Source: Candidatus Omnitrophota bacterium (GTDB lineage Bacteria; Omnitrophota; Gorgyraeia; Gygaellales; Profunditerraquicolaceae). From it: 64,000 nt of DNA. Location of the stretch: the NCBI GenBank assembly GCA_041309145.1, contig JBFZAG010000079.1, positions 15-64,014 on the forward strand, written 5' to 3'. Position numbers and translations under genes: made by a program. Shown piece after piece: positions 9,108 to 19,300 of the stretch (its first letter is position 1; the number at the start of each line of letters is the position of its first letter). The notes under the pieces were generated by a model that did no database searches, was not told the DNA's origin, and was given only the letters and a program-made list of their open reading frames with translations.

Positions 9108-10280
9108 TCAGCTCCTCAGGATCAGATATATCCCCAGAACATAAAACAAGACCGCGATCAAGACCTTGGAAAGCAGGAAATGTTTCTTCAGGAACCTGGA
9201 AAAATCCTCGGAAGTTGTTCCCGCTAACGCGCATAAAAATATCGCGAAAAGCGGCAAAACAAACATCAGATTATACAGCACAAGATAAGAAAAAGCTTTA
9301 AGTCGGATATCAGTGGATTTCAGCACAAAAGCAATGGTCGGCAAATACACCTGTCCGGTACAGACCGCCTCCAGAACAGAGATCAGAAATCCGGTCACCA
9401 GCGCGGTCGCGACCAGTTTCAAAAAAGATCCCGAACGAGAAGGCGCTGAAGCTTCCTTATTCTTGCGGTAATGCTCGCCGATTACTTTGTGGATCTGGTT
9501 TTTTACCGCCCGCGGCAGCTGAAGGCTCATGGCTTCGGTTTTGCCGGTTTTGAGGAATTTACCCAGATCAAAAGCCGCGATCATGCCGAATATCAAAGTT
9601 AAGATTCCGACGGTCAGGTTGAAGACCTTGCGCAGGACCCAGAAGCCTTTCAGGCTGTAAAAAAAGGTGAACATCCCCAGGCCGATCAAAAGATAAGTCA
9701 AAAATACCGCAAAGATAAAAAACAGGCCGATAACCGCGAGCTCTTTTTTCCTGTAGCCCTGGAGGGCCAGAAAAGAAATAAAAAAAACTATCACCGTAAA
9801 AGCGCAGGGGTTTATACCGTCGATAAGCCCGGCCCCGATGACCGTGAGCGGGGTAAAAGAAAGAAAGCTCTTGACCAGGTCGGCGTTCGGCCCGGGGTCT
9901 TCTAACGGGGAGCCTTTGTCCAGCTTTGAAGCGATGAGCTTTTCCAGCCCTTCGGAAATTTCTTTCTTCCCGCTTAAGAGCTTTTCCCCAAACTGCGCTG
10001 CCGGGACTGACCCTTTATGGTTTAAGCCGTATTTCTGTTTGAAGGCCAGAAGAAGCTTATAGTCCTCGATCTGACTTATATCGCGGAAACTAATTGTTAC
10101 CCGGTCTTTATATTTGGTTTCGATCCGGGCTATTACCTGTTCCCTGATTTCATGGCAGACGTGGCAGGAGGGAGAAAAGAAATAATTCAACTCGGGCTTC
10201 GGGGAAGGCGGATCTTGAGCAAAAACAAAACCGGCAAAACAAACGATTGCTAAAACCGCGCTAGTAAGATTTTTTAACAT
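9108..10280 (-). CDS. thioredoxin-like domain fused to DsbD/CcdA-type transmembrane thiol:disulfide transfer domain
   Basis: N-terminal signal peptide and CHVC redox motif. Downstream TM region carries the GINPCAF and EAVCTGQ cysteine motifs of the cytochrome c biogenesis DsbD/CcdA family. ATG at 10280 preferred over the TTG at 10301. Confidence 0.6.
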   Translation of the reverse strand: MLKNLTSAVLAIVCFAGFVFAQDPPSPKPELNYFFSPSCHVCHEIREQVIARIETKYKDRVTISFRDISQIEDYKLLLAFKQKYGLNHKGSVPAAQFGEKLLSGKKEISEGLEKLIASKLDKGSPLEDPGPNADLVKSFLSFTPLTVIGAGLIDGINPCAFTVIVFFISFLALQGYRKKELAVIGLFFIFAVFLTYLLIGLGMFTFFYSLKGFWVLRKVFNLTVGILTLIFGMIAAFDLGKFLKTGKTEAMSLQLPRAVKNQIHKVIGEHYRKNKEASAPSRSGSFLKLVATALVTGFLISVLEAVCTGQVYLPTIAFVLKSTDIRLKAFSYLVLYNLMFVLPLFAIFLCALAGTTSEDFSRFLKKHFLLSKVLIAVLFYVLGIYLILRS

Positions 10281-10303
10281 TAAAAAAGAATAAAATGACA
10301 AAA

Positions 10304-10771
10304 TTAATGTTCGTAGGTTTTAATGATCTTGAGTATTTCCTTCTTGTCTTTGGCGCTCTTCAAGCGGTCGACGATGAATTTATCCTTTACCAGGCGGGAA
10401 ATATCCGCCAGGATCTTCAAATGGCCTCCGATATCGGTTTCCGGAGAAGCTAAAATAAAAAAAAGATAGGTTTTTTCTCCGTCCAGCGCCCCGAAGTCCG
10501 TGCCCTCGGCATGCCGGGCAAAAGCGATTATGAAATCCTTGACTTTGGGGGATTTGGCGTGGGGAATAGCCACGCCGTTGCCGATGCCGGTGGAGCCTAA
10601 TTTCTCTCTTTTTAAGATCGCGTTGTAAAAGTTCTTCTTGTCTTTTAACTTTCCCGACTGGGATACAGCTTCCACTAACTCTTCTATGACTTTGTTCTTG
10701 GACTTCTCTTTCAAAGAAAGGATGATATACTTTTCTTTTAAGATACTGGAAAGCTTGGCGTCAGCGGCCAC
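10304..10771 (-). CDS. ptsN: PTS EIIA-Ntr-like nitrogen regulatory protein (PtsN family)
   Basis: 155 aa. GIGNGVAIPHAK active-site region of the PTS IIA type-2 fold. GTG start with GGAGGGA RBS. Confidence 0.6.
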   Translation of the reverse strand: MAADAKLSSILKEKYIILSLKEKSKNKVIEELVEAVSQSGKLKDKKNFYNAILKREKLGSTGIGNGVAIPHAKSPKVKDFIIAFARHAEGTDFGALDGEKTYLFFILASPETDIGGHLKILADISRLVKDKFIVDRLKSAKDKKEILKIIKTYEH

Positions 10772-10798
10772 AAGGCATCACTCCCTCCGGATTGACCT

Positions 10799-11779
10799 CT
10801 ACTCTACGGGGATCACTATCTTCATCCCCGCTCTAAGCTTATTGGGATTTTTGATCTTTTCTTTATTCAATTCGTAAAGGTATTTCCAACGGTGCGCTCC
10901 GCCCATTTCCTTCTGGGCGATCTTGGAAAGTGAATCTCCCTTTTGAACTGTATACTCCCTGGTCGAGACTTTGACTGCGCTCTCCACTTCTTCTTTGGTC
11001 TCTTCCACGAATTTGCCTTCTTCTATTTTCTGGGCGTCGGGAGGCATTACTTTCTGGATCTCCGTGCCGGAGGAACCGGACGGCGGCGCCGGGATCATGA
11101 TCTCTTCGACCTCGGCGACCATGAACTGGGCATTGCGGTCTTTCTGCATGCCCACCAGGTCCCGGACATGAGCCACCGCGTCAAGTTTGCCCCGGCTGAT
11201 GATCCGCACCCGCTCTTCGGCTACGCCGTTGTCCAGCATATAATTCTTGACCGCGTCGGCCCTTTTTCTTCCCAGTTTATCGTTATAAGCCTCGTTCCCC
11301 CGGGTATCGCAGTTGCCGGTGATCAGAATGTCGGCCTGAGGGTTCTTGTTCAAAGCTTTAACCGCGTCGGAAAGGATCGGCATCGCGTCCTGGCGCAAAG
11401 CCGCTTTATCGTAATCAAAATAGATCTTGACGTTCTTGATGATCTTGCGGATCAAAAGCGAAGGCCTCAATTCATCGGCCTTGGCCGCGGGAAGCTCATC
11501 GGCCTTGTAATCGTAGATGATCTTGTAGACATAAATATATCCCCGGTTGCCCCAGAGCTTGACCTGCCCGGGCTGCTCCGGCCACCACCAATATCCTCCG
11601 CGCTGGTCTTTGACCGGAGCGGGCTTGGCGTCAGTAGGCCACCAATCAAATTTTTTCTGCAGCGCTTCTAATTCGGTTTTTTTGCGCGCTTCCTTGTCCA
11701 CAGCGCAGCCGCTTGCCAAACCCGAAAAAATAACCCCGACCAGCAACAAAAACAACTTCTGCCTTAAAGCTTTTTTCAT
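10799..11779 (-). CDS. OmpA-family peptidoglycan-associated lipoprotein with C-terminal LysM domain
   Basis: Signal peptide with lipobox (LASGC). OmpA-like domain (ITGNCDTRGNEAYNDKLGRKRADAV). C-terminal LysM (YTVQKGDSLSKIA...IVIP). Confidence 0.65.
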   Translation of the reverse strand: MKKALRQKLFLLLVGVIFSGLASGCAVDKEARKKTELEALQKKFDWWPTDAKPAPVKDQRGGYWWWPEQPGQVKLWGNRGYIYVYKIIYDYKADELPAAKADELRPSLLIRKIIKNVKIYFDYDKAALRQDAMPILSDAVKALNKNPQADILITGNCDTRGNEAYNDKLGRKRADAVKNYMLDNGVAEERVRIISRGKLDAVAHVRDLVGMQKDRNAQFMVAEVEEIMIPAPPSGSSGTEIQKVMPPDAQKIEEGKFVEETKEEVESAVKVSTREYTVQKGDSLSKIAQKEMGGAHRWKYLYELNKEKIKNPNKLRAGMKIVIPVE

Positions 11780-12045
11780 CGCGCACCTCTCCTATTTAAT
11801 AAGTTTTTGAATCCTTTCGAATACGATTTAGGTGGGAATCGGCAAAAAATTCCGCATCTTCAAATGTTGAGATAATTTAGAGTTATTATAGCCTAAAATG
11901 GGGTTTTGTCAACAAGAGTTCTGCCTGCGTTATCCCGGGAATTCAAAGGTTATCCGTAAAGAAAACAGCCATCTGAAGTCGCTTTCGACAGGAATGAAAG
12001 ATTAAATTTGTAAAGGACTTACAGATAACGCCTTAAGTAAAACGT

Positions 12046-13122
12046 CTACAGGTCAGTGGCGAAATTCTTGCCGGTGACCAGACCTTCTTTTTCCAGCCTG
12101 GGGAAGAAAAGCGGGTAATATTTGAGGGCGACTTTCAATTGCCCGACCACCGGGCCGCCGACCTGGGCCCTTTCCTGCTGGAAAGTGAAAAGATCATTAA
12201 AGACCATCTCTTCCCCCCGTATATCCCGGATCTCGGTAATATAGGTGATCCTGCGGATGCCGTCCCGAAAACGCTCCATATGCACTATTAAATTAATGGT
12301 CCCGGCGATTATCTTCCTGATCTCCCCGGACGACAAGTTCAATCCTAACATCAGCACCAGGGACTCAAGCCGCGAGATCGCTTCTTTCGGCGAATTTCCG
12401 TGGATAATCCCGATGCTCCCGGCGTGTCCGGTGGCCATGGCTTGAAGCATGTCGATCGCCTCCAGCCCCCTTATTTCTCCGAATACCAGCCGGTCCGGGG
12501 ACATGCGCAAAGCGTTCCTGATCAGATCGCGCAATGTCACTTCCCCCTTGCCGTTGACATCCGGATGGCGGGTTTCCAGGGAGATCACGTTTTCCTGCGC
12601 TATCTGCAATTCCGCGGCGTCCTCGATGGTCACGACCCTCTCTTCGGGGGAGAAATACTGGGAAAGGATCTGGAGCAGGGTGGTTTTGCCTACTCCGGTG
12701 CCCCCGGAAAAGATCATGTTGACCCTTCCCTTGACGCAAGCCACCAGCATATCCGCCGCTTTCTGGTTCAACATGCCCAGTTTAACCAGGTCTTCTAAAG
12801 TTTTGATGGTCTGGGAAAACTTCCTGAGGGTCAGCGCCGACCCGAAACGGGAAAGCGGAGGGATGATCGCGTTGATCCGCGTGCCATCCTCCAAACACAG
12901 ATCGGCGAAAGGAAAATCCTGATCGATGCGCCGGTTATGCGCGGCAAAAATATTCTTGATCAGGCTATCTAATTCCTCTTTGTTCTGAAAAACAACGCCC
13001 GAACCGGATTTTTTGCCTTTTCTTTCAATAAAGACCTTCTCGTGGCCGTTGATCATGATCTCCGATATCTCCGGGTCATCCAGAAGCTTCTTGATCGGTC
13101 CAAAGTCGATTGTTTTATCCAT
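12046..13122 (-). CDS. CpaF/TadA/VirB11-family secretion ATPase; no other tad, pilus or T2SS genes in the window
   Basis: 358 aa. Walker A GGTGVGKTT, Asp box, Walker B and His box (GHAGSIGIIHG) of the type II/IV secretion NTPase family. It sits 250 bp downstream of the giant ORF on the same strand. Confidence 0.7.
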   Translation of the reverse strand: MDKTIDFGPIKKLLDDPEISEIMINGHEKVFIERKGKKSGSGVVFQNKEELDSLIKNIFAAHNRRIDQDFPFADLCLEDGTRINAIIPPLSRFGSALTLRKFSQTIKTLEDLVKLGMLNQKAADMLVACVKGRVNMIFSGGTGVGKTTLLQILSQYFSPEERVVTIEDAAELQIAQENVISLETRHPDVNGKGEVTLRDLIRNALRMSPDRLVFGEIRGLEAIDMLQAMATGHAGSIGIIHGNSPKEAISRLESLVLMLGLNLSSGEIRKIIAGTINLIVHMERFRDGIRRITYITEIRDIRGEEMVFNDLFTFQQERAQVGGPVVGQLKVALKYYPLFFPRLEKEGLVTGKNFATDL

Positions 13123-13299
13123 TTTGTTTTTGCTCCTATTCTTAGAGATACTCTTTTATCTTCGAACTGATTGTTGATTATTATCGCACAAACATAAATT
13201 TATGGCAACAATTTTGCGTAAAAACCTCAGCGGGATCGCAGCAAAAAAGCAAGCTTTTTTCAGGAAGGAACCGGCGGAAGTTACCGGCAATGGCTTTTA

Positions 13300-13374
13300 A
13301 ATTTAAAAAGGGGCGCCAGGAGGAAGGTTGTTTGTATCTGACTGTAAGTAAACCCTCGACTGGGACGCCCCTTA
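13300..13374 (-). terminator. possible terminator after the giant ORF
   Basis: Inverted repeat aaggggcgcc/gggacgcccctt overlaps the stop codon. It is followed on the minus strand by TTTTTAAATTT. The large loop makes it weak. Confidence 0.3.
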
Positions 13375-16300
13375 ATTTAAACTGCTCTCCTGCGATGCCA
13401 GAAACCAAAGTGCGGATTTTACCTCTGAAGGAGCCTGTTCGCACTCCCCCTCTTGCGCACGCAATATCGCGGCCAGACAGAAAAGTAATCCCGGCCTGAC
13501 CAGGCTGACCTGCCCCTGCAAGCTTGCCGCTTGCAGTATCCCGAAGATCCTTTCTACTGACGGCGCCATTCCGCTTTCGGCTAGAGTCTGGACAGATTCC
13601 AGTTCGCTCTGGCAATCCATTGCTGTCAGATTAAAATCCGCTGCTCCGTAATTAAGCGTATCCAACGCTCCGCGGACCTGAAAGGGGATCTGGCTCAGAT
13701 CAATGCCCCCGCGGTCGCTTTTTTGCCCGCCGTCCAGCCTGCTGCCCTGCGCCGAATCTTGTGGCTCTGAGATCACAACGCTTTCCTTAGCCGCATTCTC
13801 CGGATCAATGATCTCTGGGGGGGCCATCCCGAATAAGATGCGGTCCAGCGCCGCGCCCATGCGGAAAGCAAAACTGTTATCGATAGTCTCATCGCTGTGG
13901 TGAGTATGGTCCCCGGGCTGCTCGAACAAAGCGTGATGCTGAGATTCATGCACCGAATCTTCCAGAAATTCCCACAGATTCTTCTCGTCGGTTCTTAAAG
14001 CCTCCCCGATCTTTCCTGCCTGAGCAAGGCCGGCAAGAGCGCGCATCCTGGCTTCCGAGTATTCCAGATTCCAGAAAAAATAGGTGTTGTTTTTCACAAA
14101 AGCTATTGCGGCCGTAGGGAAATAACCGTAAACGACCTTTGGGTTCTTGATGCCGATGGCTTGCAGCAAGCGGATAAAAAGCGGCTCAACATAAACCAGC
14201 GCTTCTTCAGGGACTTGTTTTTTTTCGGGAGCGGCTTTGCCCCTTTGGGCCATTTCCTGGCCCAATAAACCGGCCAGCGCCTGCCCAAAAAGGGACTCGA
14301 GCCCCGCGGCTTCCTCAACTTGTTCCCCAAAAGAGCCTGAAGGGATCTTCCCGCTGAAAATGTCCGAAAAAGAACGGCTGCCGATATCAGCCGCTTCGGC
14401 GCGCGCTTTCCTGAGTTTTGCTTCTTCCAGAAGCTTCTCGCGGATAAGATGCAGAGTGATCTTGCCGTTGTGATTGCTCGAAGTAAAAGGCACGTGGCTG
14501 AGCAATTCGAAAAATTTAAGCGGATCCCTGACAAACGGCTCGAGCATCCCGGAAGTTATCCCTTCATATTCTTTCTCCTCCATCAGCCCGGCGATCTTCT
14601 GGGCCAGGATATCGTCATAGGCTGTCTCATTGGAATAATAATCCTGCGGCTCGCCCGGTATAGGGGCGACCCGCTCGGAATAATCTTTCAGGACAGCTTG
14701 CATCATCGCGTGCAAAATCGCCACCTGCAGCCGGTGGAGGAACTTGCCCTCCTGAGAATAGCCGTTGCGGGGGATGTTCAGCATGATCTCCCGCGGGACC
14801 ATGATATGCAACCCGCCAAAACGCTGATAGGCGTCGATGATCCGCTGAGGAACGTATTTAAGCTCTTTAGGGTCCGGGAATTTGATGAAGATCCCGTCCT
14901 GGATCACCCGTTTATTCAGCTTCTCTTTGGCTCTGGCCAGGGTCACCGTGCCCCAGTTTTTGCCGATTTCCAAGCTGGCCGCAACTTTGATTTCCTCGCG
15001 GAATGTCTTGCCGTTATATCGGATCTCCACGTCCCGGGCGTCCGGCTCTGATCCCTGCTCTTTGCTGCTCTGCGGAGACTGGATCGCCCCTGCGAAGCGC
15101 TGCAAAGCTTCCTGGATAAAAAGGCTTTCCAGCTGGGGATCGCTGCCGGCCAGATTCTTTTTCCTGCGGATCTCCGTGCCTTTATATTTTCCTTTTAGCA
15201 CCTCCCAGGAAACGATTACCGGCCCCTTCTGCGGATCATTGGCGATCACCAGCTCATTGATCATTCCCTTGCCTTCGGAAGTGCGGATAAACACCTCGTC
15301 AAAATCCGCGAACAGAGTGTAGTTGCCCTGGCCGAGATTGCCGGTATCCTCCAAATAATTCTTGGATGACTCGTCCAGAGGGAAATAATAGCGCGCCAGC
15401 TTCCAGAAGTCCATGCCCACCGGGTCGCGGATAGAATAGACCCACTCTTTTTTGTTGATAAAATTGCGGTGAATGATCGCGCCCTCATTTATTGCCAGCT
15501 CTCCTTCTTCCCGGGCTTTGCGGATAGCGTCCCGGGGATTCTGGATCCCGACCTCGCGCACCCAGACCCGCTCAGTGCGGTCCTGGCTTTCGATAGCCGA
15601 GAGCACGATCTGCAAATACGCAGCCAAATTTATGCTTTTAGCTGCGCCAAGCATAGCCAGGAATTTCTCCGGGGTCAAGCCGGGATCAGCTTTGATCTCC
15701 TCGGCGTTTTTGTCAAAAACGTAATTCAGCGCTGCCAGGGGGATCGGTTCCTTGGCAATGTTAACGATCTCTTTCCAGGACGGGTCGCGGGGCTCGACCT
15801 CGGCTTCCTCGATAAATTCAATATCTTTCTCTTTCAGGAACCGGACCAGATTGCGCTCCAGGGGCGGCAAGCCGGAAAGGTCGTCCCGGCTGTCCAGCGC
15901 GGCAAATCCGGAGCGGATCAAAGGCAAAGGTTTTTCCTTTTGTCCCGGCATTTTAATTGCCTTGCTCAGATCCCAGGATATAAAACCATTAAAACCATCT
16001 AACCTCCCGCTATCTCTGGCCACCGCTGATAATTCCTTAAGAATAGGATCAAAATTTATATCGTGAAGATATAGCGATCCGCGTTCTTCTTTAATATCCT
16101 TGAGCTCATATTGCCGTATTACTTGATACTCGTTTTTCTCAAGATCCAGGCTGGCGTAAATAAGCTTCCCCTTGCGCATGCTATCATAGAAAACTATTAC
16201 CGGTTTTCCCTGGTAATACAATTCAGTCCCTATAACCTCTGATGGCAATGTATCTCTTCGGACATTGGAAAAAGCAGACAGGCCATTATCCATCAGGATT

Positions 16301-19300
16301 GGTGCAAGCCTGATCGAATGAGAAGATAAGCTGTCGATTAGTTCAGGTCCCGGCGCGGTTTTTTTATACCGGGATGAAATCGGGATCACTTCCATCGCCT
16401 TAGTCTCTTTATCCAGAGTCAGAATTTTTATCTGGCTATTATCCACAAACAAAAAGACAACCTTGCCCTTGATCTCAAAAGTGGCGCGCCGCAACGATAG
16501 TATTGCCAAGCTGGCTTTTATGCTGTTTAAAGGTAAAGCCCGATTATTGGCGCAGTCCAGGGTAAAAACAGTAGCTGTGTAATTATGAGCAATAAAAACC
16601 GGCTTGTTGTCATCGTATAAGCCGGTAAATTCAACTTCAGGATGATAATCCAAACCGTTTTTTTCGGGATCAAAGCCGGCGATCTCCTCGATCTTATTAT
16701 CCTGCTGATTAAATTTAAAAAACTTTATTTCCTTAGAAGCTTGTAATGAAAAAACAGGATCTTCGCCTAAATGCCAGCCGGTAAATAAGGGGTTTTCGAT
16801 AGAGCTTAAGAATTTGAGCCGGAACTGCGCTCTTTCCTCTTTCTCTCCGTTCTTATCCACCGAAAAAACTTTTATTTTTCCCAGGCTGGCTTTTTCATGA
16901 ACAGCAAAAAGCCGGCGACCTTGTTTATCTTTTCCCAGATATGCGGCTTTTTCCCCTTTTAAATAACTGTGCTCGATCTTCATTTCCCCATCTGAAGGCA
17001 TATTCTCCGGCTCAAGGATCAAGGGGGTAGAGATAGCGCTCGGCTGCCTGGCCTTGGGCTCGTTCAGCGCCGCGGACAAGTCCAGCGAAAATACCCCCCA
17101 GGAATTTTTCTCATCATAAATACGCACAACAGAGGTAAATTCTCTTTTCTGCGGATCATAAGCCAGGTCATCAAGGCTAAAATTACTGGACTCTTCTATC
17201 TTTGAATGATCCTGAACATCCAATAATAAGTTACTACCGGACTCGCGTGCTTTTAGATTTTTAATGTCAACTTCCTTGATCCGCTCATAAGCATTGCCTT
17301 CAATATCCCAGGAGGCAAATATCAGCTGAGCCGTATCAAAAGCGTCCCAAAATATTATAACCGGCTTGCCCTGGTAGGACATAGCCGTAACCACAGGATT
17401 TCTGGGCCATGTTGCCGGGTCAATTTGTTGCTGGTTGAGCGCAGAAAACTTTATCTGCCAGGTGCGGGGATCAAGAGTCAACGCGATAAGCCCGTCGCTA
17501 CCGTGGCCGATAAAAACCTCAGCCCCATTTGATTTAAACCCAGTAGCCCGCAATTTCCTTATAGTGTTCAGTCCCGGGATCTCTGTCAAAGCTGCCATGC
17601 TCTTACTTTTGAAATCCAGGGTAAAAGCCGTGATCTTTTGGGAATAACAAATAAATACCGGTAGATCGTTATGGTATAAACCGCTGAATAAGATCTCGTT
17701 ATGCAGGGAATCAAATACTGTTTCATCTCTGTCGAACCGGGCCAGTTCCCGGATAGACTTCTCCTCTATGCTGTAAGCGTAGAATTTTACCCCCTCTGAA
17801 GAAAAAGCCGAAAATACGGGGTCAACTCCAGCGTGCTTGAAACCGGTTATAGAAATCCCGGCGACTGAAGACAGTGTCATATTAGTGTCAAAATTAGCCA
17901 GCACGGTTTTTTGGTTGGTGCTGCGGTCTATTGAAAGAACCGTGAGCGTTTGGCGGTCTTTTTGTGATTGAAGATACAGTGGCTTTCCGCGTGCTTCAAT
18001 ATTCAAGCTAAGAACTCTTTGCTGCTCATCAATTGGTTCTTGGAACTCCATATTAAGGGCCACATCCGAAAGAATGCGCTCCGGAACCAGGATCTGGCTG
18101 GATAAAGGAAGCAGCGGCTCCTTGGGCGCGGATCCGACCAGAGCATCGGAAAGATCATATTCGAAGGCTTCGATAGCTCTGGCGCTTTCCGGGTCGTTAA
18201 ACAACAGCGTCAATTTACCGCTCTCCCGGTCGAACCTCATATCTCTAAAATTAGCCACGGCAAGCTCATTCGGATAATCCTTCAGTATCGCGCCGGCATG
18301 CTTTTCAGGATCCAGGCTTAAAATATAAACTCCGTTATTGACAGCCATGGCGATGATTGTGTTTCCTTGCTTATCCAGCCCGATCAAAGAAGAATCATAT
18401 ACCTGGCCCAGCCCTTCCGGCCAGGAATGCGGGATTTTTTCAAACTTCGAACCGTCCACTGCAAAAACTGCCGGTTCGCCTCCAAGACAAGTAACCAAGA
18501 ACATGGGCTTACCGCCTCTGTCAAGACCGATCGGCTTCACTGACCCGATTCCCTGATTTGAGGATAAAACTACTATGCCATCCATAACCTCAGCTGTTCC
18601 ATGAATAAAATCAATCGCATAAAAATAAATGTGATTACCCGAGGTTGCCGTGAAAACAGGCTGGCCATCCTTGTTCATTCCCGTAAATTCCACTCTATTA
18701 CTCGAACCCAAGGCATTGCCTTGCTGATCAAAAATCACGCTTATCAGGCTCACTTTATTGTTTTCCATATCAAAAGCCATAAAAGCTACCCTGCCGTCAT
18801 CGGATTGGGCAACAAATACCGGCTTATCGCCCTGGAAATTCATGCCGGTAGCGATCACCCCGTTGCCAGGGAAAAAAGCCAAACCAAAATCAGTCAGCTG
18901 CATATTCTTCCGGCTGTCCCGGTCAACAGTAAAAATGTTGATTATATTCTTATTATTTTCATCCATTGCCGCGAAAAGCGGGTTACCGTCTTTATATGTG
19001 CCCAGCCGCTGGCTGGTTTTAGGAATATCGAAATAATGAAGTTTATGTTCGGTGACCAAACTAACAGGCAGTTTCTCAGGATCGACAATCTTAAAATCGT
19101 CCGCCGCTTTTTTGCCCTCAGCAGCTTTGAATTGCACGACCCGCAAAGACCCGTCATTGGGCGCGCTCAGCACCAGCCTGCCGTCGCCCAGGTAACTCAT
19201 CCCCTTCGGAATCAGCTCTCCCATTGAGCTCCATACTTCCTCACCGCTTTCCAGATCAATAATGATGGTGCGCAAACCGCCTTCCTCGCCTTTCTGCATG

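Noticed and set aside
12365-12922. Three 120-160-aa ORFs overlapping the CpaF-like ATPase gene on both strands
   Set aside because: They sit inside a CDS with unambiguous Walker, Asp-box and His-box motifs in another frame. Translations are Arg/Gly/His-rich and low-complexity.
13181-13615. 144-aa minus-strand ORF overlapping the 3' end of the giant gene
   Set aside because: It lies in an alternative frame across the stop and terminator region of a strongly supported 10-kb CDS, is Arg/Gly-rich and low-complexity, and has no RBS.
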